Shown here piece after piece: positions 19,018 to 28,144 of a stretch of DNA of 64,000 nt. The DNA is taken from IMG/VR virus record IMGVR_UViG_3300018876_000008, positions 64,001 through 128,000 of that record. One strand, 5' to 3'. Every line of letters starts with the position of its first letter. The first letter of the stretch is position 1. A program made the position numbers and the translations under genes. The notes under the pieces are model-generated. The model had not been told where the DNA came from. It ran no database searches and worked only from the letters and a program-made list of their open reading frames with translations. Source of the stretch: a virus.

Positions 19018-20838
19018 ATGAAAAAAACATTATTAACATTAATTACGGGATTACTCTTAATGGGTTGTTCCAACACGGAAAAACTCACATTTAATGAAAT
19101 GGTTGAGAAGACTGAAGAAGTAGCTTTAGGTATTGATAAGACCGCACTTTTTTATGAATCTAGCGCAACTAAAGAATTAAATGGAGTAAAATCAGTTTTT
19201 GCTGGTAAAAATAATACAACTATTGAAGTATTATGTACTTCTAACGGATTAACCAAATCTATAGTTATCAATGAACCCTTTTTAGAGGATGAGGTTATTA
19301 ATTTACCTGTTAAACTCACATTAGAGGAGGCTGAAGAATTATTATTAGAAGCAGGTTATGGTACTGGAGTTGAAGGTGAGGCGGATTGGTCTGTGGTAGT
19401 TTTAAGAAGACCATTAGGGCCAGATTTTGAATTCGCACAATACATTTTTACGACTAGTAAAGGTTTTGTAAGTGTGGATGCTACCACAGGTAAAGTCACA
19501 CCTGTAGGTTTAGAAGGTTGTCCATGTCCTTTTAAAGACCCATGTATATGTCCTGAAAGTAACTTATCAACTATGTCTAATCAAACATGGAAAAATACTT
19601 CTTCACAGGGTACTCTTAGAGTATCTCAAGGTAATCCACAATCGGGACATCAAGACTTTTCACCAGCAGTAGGTACTGAATTGGCACCAAATGGTACTTG
19701 GAATAATGTAAATGGAGGTGATTGGGCGTACTTAGTTTTAGATATATTAAACGGGACTACTTACCTTACTACTACTACAGTACATTTTACTGACCCTGTT
19801 GGTGGAGCTCCTTTAGACCCACCAGTATCAATGGATGGTAATAATAAACCTGATAGTGTTTTAACTTTTACTAAAGTAGGTGATAATTCATATGATGTTT
19901 CGTATGGTAAATCTTCTTATCCACCACCATACACTACAGGACTAATTGATTGGACAGGTGGTCAAACAGGTAAAAAACCTTTTAGTACTCCAGGTTCATA
20001 TTGGACACAAGACTATAATTTTGATGATACATTAAGATGGACATCTGACGGCACTTCAACAGTTCAGAGTACAAAACAAACAGGTGATTCAGTTTACGGA
20101 TACAATTATGGTAGTAGAGCGTACCCTGTTAATGTTTTAGATTCAGATATGAAAACTGATGACAGCGCTTATGGAGTTGCGATGGATGGAGTATGGCAAA
20201 TAGATATTAAAATAGGTTCCAATGGTGGAGGTACTTATCCTGATAGTTTATTTTGTGAAACCTTTTATTTGGCAGAAAGAAAAGTTATGATGTGGGATAA
20301 TAAATATTATTTGGACAACAGTCCAAAAGGTGGTTCACAACAATACTCTCAATACGGAAGAGAGATTGACATTATGGAAACTAAATGGCAACCTTCAGGT
20401 CCACAAGCAAATTTACCTAATGGTAATCCATCAGACCCATCAAGTCAGATGAGTTGGAATACTGAAGTATCTGGAACAAATGGATATAATAAATTAGAAG
20501 CAAAATGGGAGCAAATGTATAGTACATTCCCTAACCCAACTACATATGCTACATTTGGTATTGCAATTTTAGATGATGGGTTATACTTTTATGGTTATAA
20601 TGACAAAGGAACTCAAGTTTATGTAGACGGACCGATTGTATTAAAAAACGATGGGTATACACAAGAAAATCCATTCGTACCTTACATCGGTACTTGGACT
20701 AAGCAAGATACAAAAACAAAACCAGGTGTAGAAGGTGGATTTAGTACTTCATATAAAAACTTTATTTATAAGAAAAAAACAGAAGTATCTGGTAACCCAA
20801 TAACAAATAAGTCAGGTTTTGGACCAGGATTAAAATAA
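19018..20838 (+). CDS. Putative lipoprotein with GH16-like (ConA-fold) C-terminal domain
   Basis: Lipobox LMGC; GREIDIMETK matches the GH16 ExDxxE catalytic motif. Confidence 0.55.
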   Translation: MKKTLLTLITGLLLMGCSNTEKLTFNEMVEKTEEVALGIDKTALFYESSATKELNGVKSVFAGKNNTTIEVLCTSNGLTKSIVINEPFLEDEVINLPVKLTLEEAEELLLEAGYGTGVEGEADWSVVVLRRPLGPDFEFAQYIFTTSKGFVSVDATTGKVTPVGLEGCPCPFKDPCICPESNLSTMSNQTWKNTSSQGTLRVSQGNPQSGHQDFSPAVGTELAPNGTWNNVNGGDWAYLVLDILNGTTYLTTTTVHFTDPVGGAPLDPPVSMDGNNKPDSVLTFTKVGDNSYDVSYGKSSYPPPYTTGLIDWTGGQTGKKPFSTPGSYWTQDYNFDDTLRWTSDGTSTVQSTKQTGDSVYGYNYGSRAYPVNVLDSDMKTDDSAYGVAMDGVWQIDIKIGSNGGGTYPDSLFCETFYLAERKVMMWDNKYYLDNSPKGGSQQYSQYGREIDIMETKWQPSGPQANLPNGNPSDPSSQMSWNTEVSGTNGYNKLEAKWEQMYSTFPNPTTYATFGIAILDDGLYFYGYNDKGTQVYVDGPIVLKNDGYTQENPFVPYIGTWTKQDTKTKPGVEGGFSTSYKNFIYKKKTEVSGNPITNKSGFGPGLK

Positions 20839-20859
20839 TCTCAATTGATTATGAACTCT

Positions 20860-20890
20860 AAACCCTCATCAGAAATGGTGGGGGTTTTAT
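20860..20890 (+). terminator. Intrinsic terminator
   Basis: aaaccctcatca-gaaa-tggtgggggtttt. Confidence 0.75.
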
Positions 20891-20940
20891 TTTTACAGAT
20901 ATTTATGGATAAATGATTAAATTTATCTTATATTTTATTT

Positions 20941-21228
20941 ATGGGTAAACTAATATTAGACTTTTCTGAATCAGTTAAAATTGATTTTAATGATATAATT
21001 GATGAGGTTATTGAAAAAGATTGTAGGGACGAAGCTCATAAAATAATTAGTCATTATATTAAAGGTGATTTTTTAATGCGTTTCAAATTACTCAATGTAT
21101 ATAAGGAATATCTAAATGAGGATTTAGATAACTTAATTTTAGAAATTGATAATTTAAAGTTAAAATTAATTAAAGAAAACCTTATTTCAGAACGTGGTTG
21201 TTTTGGTGTGGTTGTTGATGAAGGATAA
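20941..21228 (+). CDS. Hypothetical protein
   Basis: ORF upstream of DHFR. Confidence 0.55.
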   Translation: MGKLILDFSESVKIDFNDIIDEVIEKDCRDEAHKIISHYIKGDFLMRFKLLNVYKEYLNEDLDNLILEIDNLKLKLIKENLISERGCFGVVVDEG

Positions 21229-21230
21229 AA

Positions 21231-21608
21231 ATGAAAGCCATAATTGCTGTTAATAATTTAGGGTTTATCGGAAAAGGAGATAAACTTTTATGGTATAATA
21301 AAAAAGATTTGAGTCATTTTAAACGTATGACTTCGGGTGATACGTTACTGGTCGGTCACAGGACCGCACAAGCCTTACCCCTTTTACCTAATCGTGAATT
21401 AATCATTGTAGATAGAAGGGACCACTCAACTTTTCATTACTATAATTGTGATTGGTGTATTGGTGGTAAAAAAACATATGAGAGATTCTGTGAGGTCTTT
21501 ACGGAATTACATATATCTCATATAGATAACAATGATATCGGAGATGTTACGTTTCCAAATCTAAGTAGATTAAATCCTGATTGTAAGATTTATAACTACA
21601 ACTTTTAA
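21231..21608 (+). CDS. folA: Dihydrofolate reductase
   Basis: IAVNNLGFIG...LLW...DLSHFKRMT...GHRT...LPNR...IGG...GDVTFP. Confidence 0.88.
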   Translation: MKAIIAVNNLGFIGKGDKLLWYNKKDLSHFKRMTSGDTLLVGHRTAQALPLLPNRELIIVDRRDHSTFHYYNCDWCIGGKKTYERFCEVFTELHISHIDNNDIGDVTFPNLSRLNPDCKIYNYNF

Positions 21609-21618
21609 AAACAAACAT

Positions 21619-22452
21619 ATGAAAAAATTACTATTATTAATGGGTTCACTACTATTAACTAGTTGTGGTGTACAATGGCAGTACAGTACCTTAAACCATG
21701 CGGGTCATAATCCAAAATACAATACAGTTATTAAATTACCTGATGATGTGGTTGTAGATACTTTAAGTTATTTTGATTTACAACGAAAACTTAGAAACGA
21801 TTTTGTCTTTAGACATAATTTTGCTCTTTACGCATCTAATCAACCTTATAATTGGTATTTTAACAATCCCATGTTTAATAGATACAATTATTGGTCACCA
21901 TTTAATTCCTTTGATTTTTATACTAACAGATATTGGTTTTGGAATGATTGGGCGTTTAATTATTCGTGGTATAGTCCTCATCGATGGTCTTTCTTTGGTT
22001 ATGACAGATGGGGTTATAATCACTACGGATGGAACAATTATGGGTGGAATAGTTGGGGTTGGAATGGATACTATGGTAACAATTGGGGTTGGAGACAACA
22101 CATGAATAATTATGCTTGGAATAATAGGTATAGAAGAAATACGGTATATGTGAATGGTAGAAGAGGACAATCTTCAATAATAGAATCAACTAAACGTAGT
22201 ATTAAGGTTGATAATAAAAGAGAAAGGATTTATATTAATAATAATAGTCGACCTAACATTAACAATAGTAGACCAAATAATAATAGACCTAACATTAACA
22301 ATAGTAGACCAAATAATAATAGACCTACTATTAATAATACTAGACCGACCATTAATAATAATAATACAAGACCAAGAGTTAATAATAGTCGTCCTGTAAT
22401 TAATCGAAGTACACCGACAAAAACAAATAATAATAGGAGGAGAAAAAACTAA
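21619..22452 (+). CDS. Bacteroidota-type lipoprotein with W/Y/G/N-rich core and NNRP low-complexity tail
   Basis: Lipobox LTSC; composition. Confidence 0.65.
   Translation: MKKLLLLMGSLLLTSCGVQWQYSTLNHAGHNPKYNTVIKLPDDVVVDTLSYFDLQRKLRNDFVFRHNFALYASNQPYNWYFNNPMFNRYNYWSPFNSFDFYTNRYWFWNDWAFNYSWYSPHRWSFFGYDRWGYNHYGWNNYGWNSWGWNGYYGNNWGWRQHMNNYAWNNRYRRNTVYVNGRRGQSSIIESTKRSIKVDNKRERIYINNNSRPNINNSRPNNNRPNINNSRPNNNRPTINNTRPTINNNNTRPRVNNSRPVINRSTPTKTNNNRRRKN
22250..22327 (+). repeat. 36 bp coding tandem repeat (2.2 copies)
   Basis: gacctaacattaacaatagtagaccaaataataata x2, encodes RPNINNSRPNNN. Confidence 0.85.
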
Positions 22453-22455
22453 AAT

Positions 22456-22911
22456 ATGATAATAGTAGACCACAAAACATTTAAAGATAATCGAGGAAGT
22501 TACACTCCAATGGAGTTAGACATAATGGGAAAGGAATGGACACAATGCTCCATTTCAATTAATGATGGTAGATATACCTTCAGAGGTTTACATTACCAAA
22601 CAGACCCACCACAAGAGAAATACGTTAAAGTTATTCGTGGTTCAATTATAGACATAGGTTACGATTTAGAAACTAAACAAACACAACATGTCTTGGTAGA
22701 TGAAGGAAATGCAGTTTACTTACATGATGAGTACGCTCATGGATTTTTAACTTTAGAACCTGATACTATAGTTGTTTATATGGTTAAGGGTGAATACTCT
22801 CCTGAGTCAGAACATTCGATTGTCTGGAAAGATGTTCCTGAAGTAAAATCTATTATAGAGAAGTATACGAATGACCCAATAATTTCAGAAAAAGATAATA
22901 AAGGAAAATAA
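22456..22911 (+). CDS. rmlC: dTDP-4-dehydrorhamnose 3,5-epimerase
   Basis: DNRG, FRGLHYQ, QEKYVKVIRG, AHGFLTL. Confidence 0.88.
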   Translation: MIIVDHKTFKDNRGSYTPMELDIMGKEWTQCSISINDGRYTFRGLHYQTDPPQEKYVKVIRGSIIDIGYDLETKQTQHVLVDEGNAVYLHDEYAHGFLTLEPDTIVVYMVKGEYSPESEHSIVWKDVPEVKSIIEKYTNDPIISEKDNKGK

Positions 22912-22914
22912 ATT

Positions 22915-23196
22915 ATGAAAAAAATATCAATACTATTTGTTTTACTAACATTTACAATGTTTTTATTTAGTTGTACTGCTGAACAAAGATATAAAAAACA
23001 TATTAAAGAGAGTGGACCGATTCCTCAACCTAAGTTTAGTGTTGAACTATCAGTATTAGATAGTGTAAGTGAAATCCTACACTGGGAAATTATTAATGAT
23101 ACTCTTCATATTTACACACAAAAAGATTCAATAAGAGATGAGTATGAAAGGTGGGAATATATAAGAAGTTTAGACCCTGAGGGCTGGGAGGAATAA
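22915..23196 (+). CDS. Putative lipoprotein
   Basis: Lipobox LFSC. Confidence 0.55.
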   Translation: MKKISILFVLLTFTMFLFSCTAEQRYKKHIKESGPIPQPKFSVELSVLDSVSEILHWEIINDTLHIYTQKDSIRDEYERWEYIRSLDPEGWEE

Positions 23197-23218
23197 GTGC
23201 GGGCCACTATTAGAAAGA

Positions 23219-23725
23219 TTAAATTAACTCGTCCTCATAAGGAATACCGTATAAGAAAGATTCACTATAGTCATAATTATCCGCCATCTTTTTCATAATG
23301 TCAGAGTCCTTAATTACATTATCATAAAAGTCTTTACCACGAGAAATAACATCAACCCTAAGGTCACCCCAACCATCATCACCAACATTAATACCTCTCC
23401 CACGGTCAGATGAGATATCCAAAGATGTGGATTTAAACATTATTATTTTCTCCAATAATCTAATGGCTTCAGATGGAACACCAGCAAAACGGTTAAGGTC
23501 CATTAAGTATTTTTTAACTCTTCGGTAGTCGTCATCTTTTTTATAGTCCAATAAGTCAACTACATACCAAAAGAAATCATCGGCACTAGTAACCCCTGTT
23601 TTTCTACTACCTGTTAACTTTTCTAAGTCATTATACATTCCGGTAATAACTTCACCTTTTTCAATAAGGTCTTTAGCGTTAATGGATTCCCTTAATACTT
23701 TTTTAATTAAGTCTTTATATATCAT
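23219..23725 (-). CDS. Hypothetical protein, DUF4240-like C-terminus
   Basis: DFFW.VVD and DDGWGDLR..VISRGKDFY; IKKVLRES leader. Confidence 0.45.
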   Translation of the reverse strand: MIYKDLIKKVLRESINAKDLIEKGEVITGMYNDLEKLTGSRKTGVTSADDFFWYVVDLLDYKKDDDYRRVKKYLMDLNRFAGVPSEAIRLLEKIIMFKSTSLDISSDRGRGINVGDDGWGDLRVDVISRGKDFYDNVIKDSDIMKKMADNYDYSESFLYGIPYEDELI

Positions 23726-24089
23726 ACTTATATTTCATATGTATGTCGACACTATCAATGTCAACGTCAAATGTTTTAGTGAACCAATCGGCTAATAAAT
23801 CTAACACTTTAGATTGTCTAAATCGTAAGTTTCTCATGAACAAAGATACCAAACTGTGTTGTAGTGATAAATAACCTGATTCATTCTCAACTACTTTTCC
23901 GTTCATATGTTTTGGTCCATAGTGTATATAATACATTAAAAACTTACCGCTTTTACTATAAAGGTCCCATCTAGTATTTCCGTAATCGTCAGTATCTCTC
24001 TTTCTTACTTCACCGCCTGCCATTTGTTCGGACATAAAGTTTTCAACTAAATCGAATAGCTGAGATTGTGAAATAATATAACGTGACAT
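23715..24089 (-). CDS. Hypothetical protein with IISQSQL leader
   Basis: MSRYIISQSQLFDLVENFMSEQ. Confidence 0.6.
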   Translation of the reverse strand: MSRYIISQSQLFDLVENFMSEQMAGGEVRKRDTDDYGNTRWDLYSKSGKFLMYYIHYGPKHMNGKVVENESGYLSLQHSLVSLFMRNLRFRQSKVLDLLADWFTKTFDVDIDSVDIHMKYKYDI

Positions 24090-24115
24090 ATAAAATACTT
24101 TTAATATAAATAGTT

Positions 24116-24430
24116 TTATGAAGAAAAAACTATCTCAATTTTATAGTGATTATTAATTAATTCAAAAGAACGATTAACAGTATTAATAATATCTGAGGTG
24201 AGAATCTCATAAAAATAGTCAGATGTGTAACAATCATATTCTTCTTCCAACTGTATATAAGTGTTAAAATCAATGATGTCACTCATAGTAAAGTCTACTT
24301 TATTAGTATCAACAAATAATAAAAGGGTATCTTCATGTATATCCCAATCGGTAAGTTCAGGATGTTTAGGATATATAAATTTATCGAATAGTACATCAAT
24401 AACTTCTAATAATAAAACAGAGGTGGACAT
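24116..24430 (-). CDS. Hypothetical protein
   Basis: ORF in minus-strand run. Confidence 0.55.
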   Translation of the reverse strand: MSTSVLLLEVIDVLFDKFIYPKHPELTDWDIHEDTLLLFVDTNKVDFTMSDIIDFNTYIQLEEEYDCYTSDYFYEILTSDIINTVNRSFELINNHYKIEIVFSS

Positions 24431-24433
24431 GTG

Positions 24434-25114
24434 TTAAGGTAATGAAGACTTTAACTTAGATATGTCCATAGAAAGGTTATTAGGTACGTGTGGCGGAACC
24501 AAAGACTTTTCGACAACATTTGTCTCACTGGCCAAGTCAAACATCGTCTTAACCTCTGTACCTAAGTTATATACACCTGACAAATCTTTATTAACGCAAT
24601 CGATAATAAGAGAGGCGATGGTATCAACATAATCAAAGTTACCGATATAATCGACCCAAGCGGTATCATAAGTAAAAGGGGAAGGTTTATGAGAACAACG
24701 TATAAGAAGATAATCTTCAGACCTTAACTGAACCAAACCGTCAGATAATAGTTTAGTATATCCATACCAATTATTACAATGAACAGGGACATCATCTTCA
24801 CTAGCGAAAGGGATGGAGTTAGCATAAACATAATCAGTAGATATATGAACGAGTTTAATAAAGTTCTCGTTACAATAATCAATAAGTTTATCAGTAAACT
24901 CACAATTAACTTTCCAATGGTCATCCTTTCTTATATCATATGTGTCGGTGTGGGCAATACAATTAATAATAACATTATAGTTAGATAAGATAAATTCATC
25001 AAAATGTTCAATATCAAAACCATCTTTACTACGGGAAACATAATCCCAATTAGACTGACTAACTAATTCACGACCTAACAGTCCATCACCAAGAACTAAT
25101 ACTTCATTATTCAT
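24434..25114 (-). CDS. rmlD: dTDP-4-dehydrorhamnose reductase-like SDR
   Basis: GDGLLG, INCIA.T, HISTDYVY, YGYTK. Confidence 0.85.
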   Translation of the reverse strand: MNNEVLVLGDGLLGRELVSQSNWDYVSRSKDGFDIEHFDEFILSNYNVIINCIAHTDTYDIRKDDHWKVNCEFTDKLIDYCNENFIKLVHISTDYVYANSIPFASEDDVPVHCNNWYGYTKLLSDGLVQLRSEDYLLIRCSHKPSPFTYDTAWVDYIGNFDYVDTIASLIIDCVNKDLSGVYNLGTEVKTMFDLASETNVVEKSLVPPHVPNNLSMDISKLKSSLP

Positions 25115-25227
25115 ATTACCAATTTCTTCTTTTGTTTAATCTATCTTTCAGTGTCACATAAAGATATACACCTATAAAACCGAATAGACTTACATTCATT
25201 ATTATCTTAAGACCAACCATTATAGTA

Positions 25228-25929
25228 TCAATTATCTCCATCATCTTTTACTCTCTTACAATTTATACAAGTAAAAAACTTTTTAACTAACCAATCAAGA
25301 ATAAATCTTTCAAAAAATACATCTCTAAATAAACGCCAAGGGAGTATAGTTAAGATAGTCCACGGAGTTATTTTAAAACTTCTTAAAACGATAACAGTTT
25401 TCTCACCGGCAGTAACAGGCATACCACCATGATAGGCCAATATGTGATTAGAGTTATAATGTATGTAATGACCTGGCTTATAATCCTGAGGACGATGTTC
25501 TAAATTAGCAAGAGGGAAGTTAGTACCACCACCTTCAAAATTAGTATTCAAATATATAAGGGTCGTAGTATAACTCCCATCATAATGAGGTTCCATTTCG
25601 AGACGGTCACCCCTATACTTAATAACGAATTTATCTTCATTATATTTAACACCTAATTCTTTCTGTAACTTATTAATTCTATAATCCATAAGTTTCTTAC
25701 CCTCACAATCTAATATATCCTCATAAGGACATTCATAAACGGAAAGGGAGACATCACCAAAAGCATCAGTGATAGTAAACTTATCATGTTGTCTTTCTAA
25801 ATCCCTAAGGATAATCTGACATTCAACATTCGGAATAGCTTTACCTACTTTATAATTAAATTTAAACATACTAAGAAATAATAAGAAATAATATATAGAA
25901 AGGAAATAAAGGTAATAGATTAATTCCAT
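25228..25929 (-). CDS. 2OG-Fe(II) oxygenase with N-terminal TM segment
   Basis: PHYD, YLN..FEGGGTNF, H.G.PVT.GEK; start placed at MELIYY. Confidence 0.8.
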   Translation of the reverse strand: MELIYYLYFLSIYYFLLFLSMFKFNYKVGKAIPNVECQIILRDLERQHDKFTITDAFGDVSLSVYECPYEDILDCEGKKLMDYRINKLQKELGVKYNEDKFVIKYRGDRLEMEPHYDGSYTTTLIYLNTNFEGGGTNFPLANLEHRPQDYKPGHYIHYNSNHILAYHGGMPVTAGEKTVIVLRSFKITPWTILTILPWRLFRDVFFERFILDWLVKKFFTCINCKRVKDDGDN

Positions 25930-26170
25930 CCCCCTCACCCTAAAGGGACGTTCACTATCGTTCACTTTCAGTGTCTGAAATAAATCCATTCCCTATTTCC
26001 CCTTAAGAAGGTCATTAAAGACTTATCTCATAACTTAGTAGGGTATAACAAAACAATATATCTACCATACCCTAAAGGGTATTATTATGTATATGAAAAC
26101 ATTATACTATAAGAGAAAGAATACAATAGTATATAAACAATAACCCATAGGGTTAATTAACAATACTTCT

Positions 26171-26458
26171 CCCACTTTCTACCACTTTTGTAAGTCTAAA
26201 TAAGACCTTATTCGTTGAGGTCATTTTGTCATAGTTTTAAAAAAGTAGTCCTACAGATACGTTGAGGTATACTTATTTAAACCTATAAGACTACGTCTCC
26301 CCCGCTTATGGGATTAATACTATATTATTTACTGGAAATTAGACATAGTAATTTATTACCCTCTACAAACCCCTAAACAGGGATTTATTGTCGATTTCAT
26401 CGGTGAAATCAGGGATTTTCTTATTTTACACTATTACAGGATGGTGGTAGAAAGTGGG
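26171..26458. repeat. Perfect 15 bp inverted repeat (MraZ-box-like GTGG-N6-GTGG)
   Basis: cccactttctaccac 26171-26185 / gtggtagaaagtggg 26444-26458. Confidence 0.8.
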
Positions 26459-26519
26459 GAAAGGGACTGTGCTGTGTGTAACGTCCACATGACATTCTGA
26501 CAAATCCAAATAAATTAGT

Positions 26520-27331
26520 AAAAAGTTTTCAACAAAATATCCCCTGACACCCTGTCAGAGGTAATTTATAAAAAGTTATCAACAATTTTAATGTGTACCA
26601 AAACGGGACCATAATAAAAAGTTATTAACATATGGTGTTCACAACTCTCCAAAGGGTGATATATTTATTAGTATGAAAGAAATCAGGGAGTTCATAGAAG
26701 AGAGTTTCACCCCAAGGGTAGATGAAGACATGAATGGTGTTAAGGTAATATTCTCCTCAACGGTAGGGGAAGGGACCATTTGGTTTGAACCTGCCAAGAG
26801 AGGGTGGAATAGAAAACCCTTATCCACAAATCAATATATCATTGTGGATGCTGACCTGACCCATGTGTTAACATTCTTAAATAGATACTACCAACTCAAC
26901 GAGGAGAACTACCACGACATAAGAAGAATGTTTATCCAGCTCGGAATGGATATGGTAGACAAACATACCAAGGGGGAAGATTAAATTGTTAATAAATAAC
27001 TCCCCTAAAATTTGGTAGTCTCAAAAAAAAGTGGTACCTTTAGGGTGGTATGAGGGAGGGTAGTATACCAAACAAATCCCCCACACTCTAAAGCATCAAC
27101 ACAAAGATACAACAATCTTTTTTAATACACAACTTGTATGGTAACTTTTTTTTCCTTATCTTTGTTATGTAATATCTCACAAGGATAGGACCGAGTAGAC
27201 TCCAACCTGCCTTATACTTTCCTTCCCCCTAAACTCCAGGGCATCAGTACAAAGATACGAATAATAATTGACACTGCCAAATCCCCACACCATAAAGTTA
27301 TTAACATGACATAATGACTGTTGATAACTTT
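26520..27331. promoter_or_regulatory. Cluster of DnaA-box-like sites (candidate origin or control region)
   Basis: AAAAAGTTWTYAACA x3 (26520, 26570, 26616), TTATCCACA 26820, further copies at 26987, 27298, 27319. Confidence 0.55.
26673..26984 (+). CDS. Hypothetical protein inside control region
   Basis: ATATTTAT 4 nt upstream of ATG. Confidence 0.6.
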   Translation: MKEIREFIEESFTPRVDEDMNGVKVIFSSTVGEGTIWFEPAKRGWNRKPLSTNQYIIVDADLTHVLTFLNRYYQLNEENYHDIRRMFIQLGMDMVDKHTKGED

Positions 27332-27392
27332 CCCCACATATATTTGGATATTAACTTGTTCTGACATGACTCCCATAGATGAGGTCTCAGCT

Positions 27393-27720
27393 ATTCCCCC
27401 CCTATATGGGGGTAGGGGTTAAAATACCTTAGGAACCCCCCCTTATGGGGTCCCCCCTCCCTGTATGGGTCCCGTATCCCCCCTCCCCCTGGGGGTGTTT
27501 TGGGGTCCAAAAGGGGGTTCAATCCCGTAAATAAAATATGTACAGATTTCTATATAAAAATGTTTATAAAAATTTTTGGGAAAATTTGGAACTATTTACC
27601 CTTGTTCTATGTATGAGAGTAAATGTTACTTGTGTTTTCTAAAAGGGGACCCCTTATTGAAAAAGGGTCCCAAATGTTGAAACAAAATTTCTGGAAAATT
27701 TTTTGGTAAAATTGGATATT
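27393..27720. other. Poly-C/poly-G hairpin tract followed by phased A/T tracts (candidate pac/terminus/origin element)
   Basis: ccccccc-tatat-ggggg, accccccc-ttat-ggggt, ccccct-ggggg; then aaaatttttgggaaaatttgga repeats. Confidence 0.5.
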
Positions 27721-27740
27721 TATTATTAAACGAAATTATT

Positions 27741-28058
27741 ATGGGACAAAGAATAACAATAACAGAAGAACAAAAGGAACATCTACTTGGGATGCATGGT
27801 TTAAATGAACAACCATCTACAGGTTTTGAACGTAGTCTTGAACGTAGTCTTGAGAAAGATATTCCTAAAGGAGAGAAGATAGGTTTTTTGAGTGATGGTG
27901 AATTCAAAGACTTAATTGAAAAACTATCAAAGTGTGTAGATGAAGATGGGTTAAACAAAATGAAAAGATTAAGACCTGAACAGAAAAAGGAATTTGTTGA
28001 GAGAATGGAAATGGCTCTTGGTATTCACATTGATAGACCAGATAGGTCAAAGGGATAG
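27741..28058 (+). CDS. Hypothetical protein with ITITEEQK leader
   Basis: MGQRITITEEQKEHLLGMHGLNEQ; ATATTTAT at 27716. Confidence 0.65.
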   Translation: MGQRITITEEQKEHLLGMHGLNEQPSTGFERSLERSLEKDIPKGEKIGFLSDGEFKDLIEKLSKCVDEDGLNKMKRLRPEQKKEFVERMEMALGIHIDRPDRSKG

Positions 28059-28144
28059 AATATAAGATATAATATTATTTATAAACCCTCGCATTGTTGT
28101 GAGGGTTTTCTTTTTCTAAGATATTTATGTATAAATAGAATATT

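Noticed and set aside
22250-22327. 36 bp repeat as a CRISPR array
   Set aside because: Copies are directly adjacent without spacers and in frame within a low-complexity protein tail; no cas genes.
25146-25976. CTTTCAGTGTC direct repeat flanking the 2OG oxygenase gene as an insertion scar
   Set aside because: Only about 11 bp, with no transposase or terminal repeats; may be chance.
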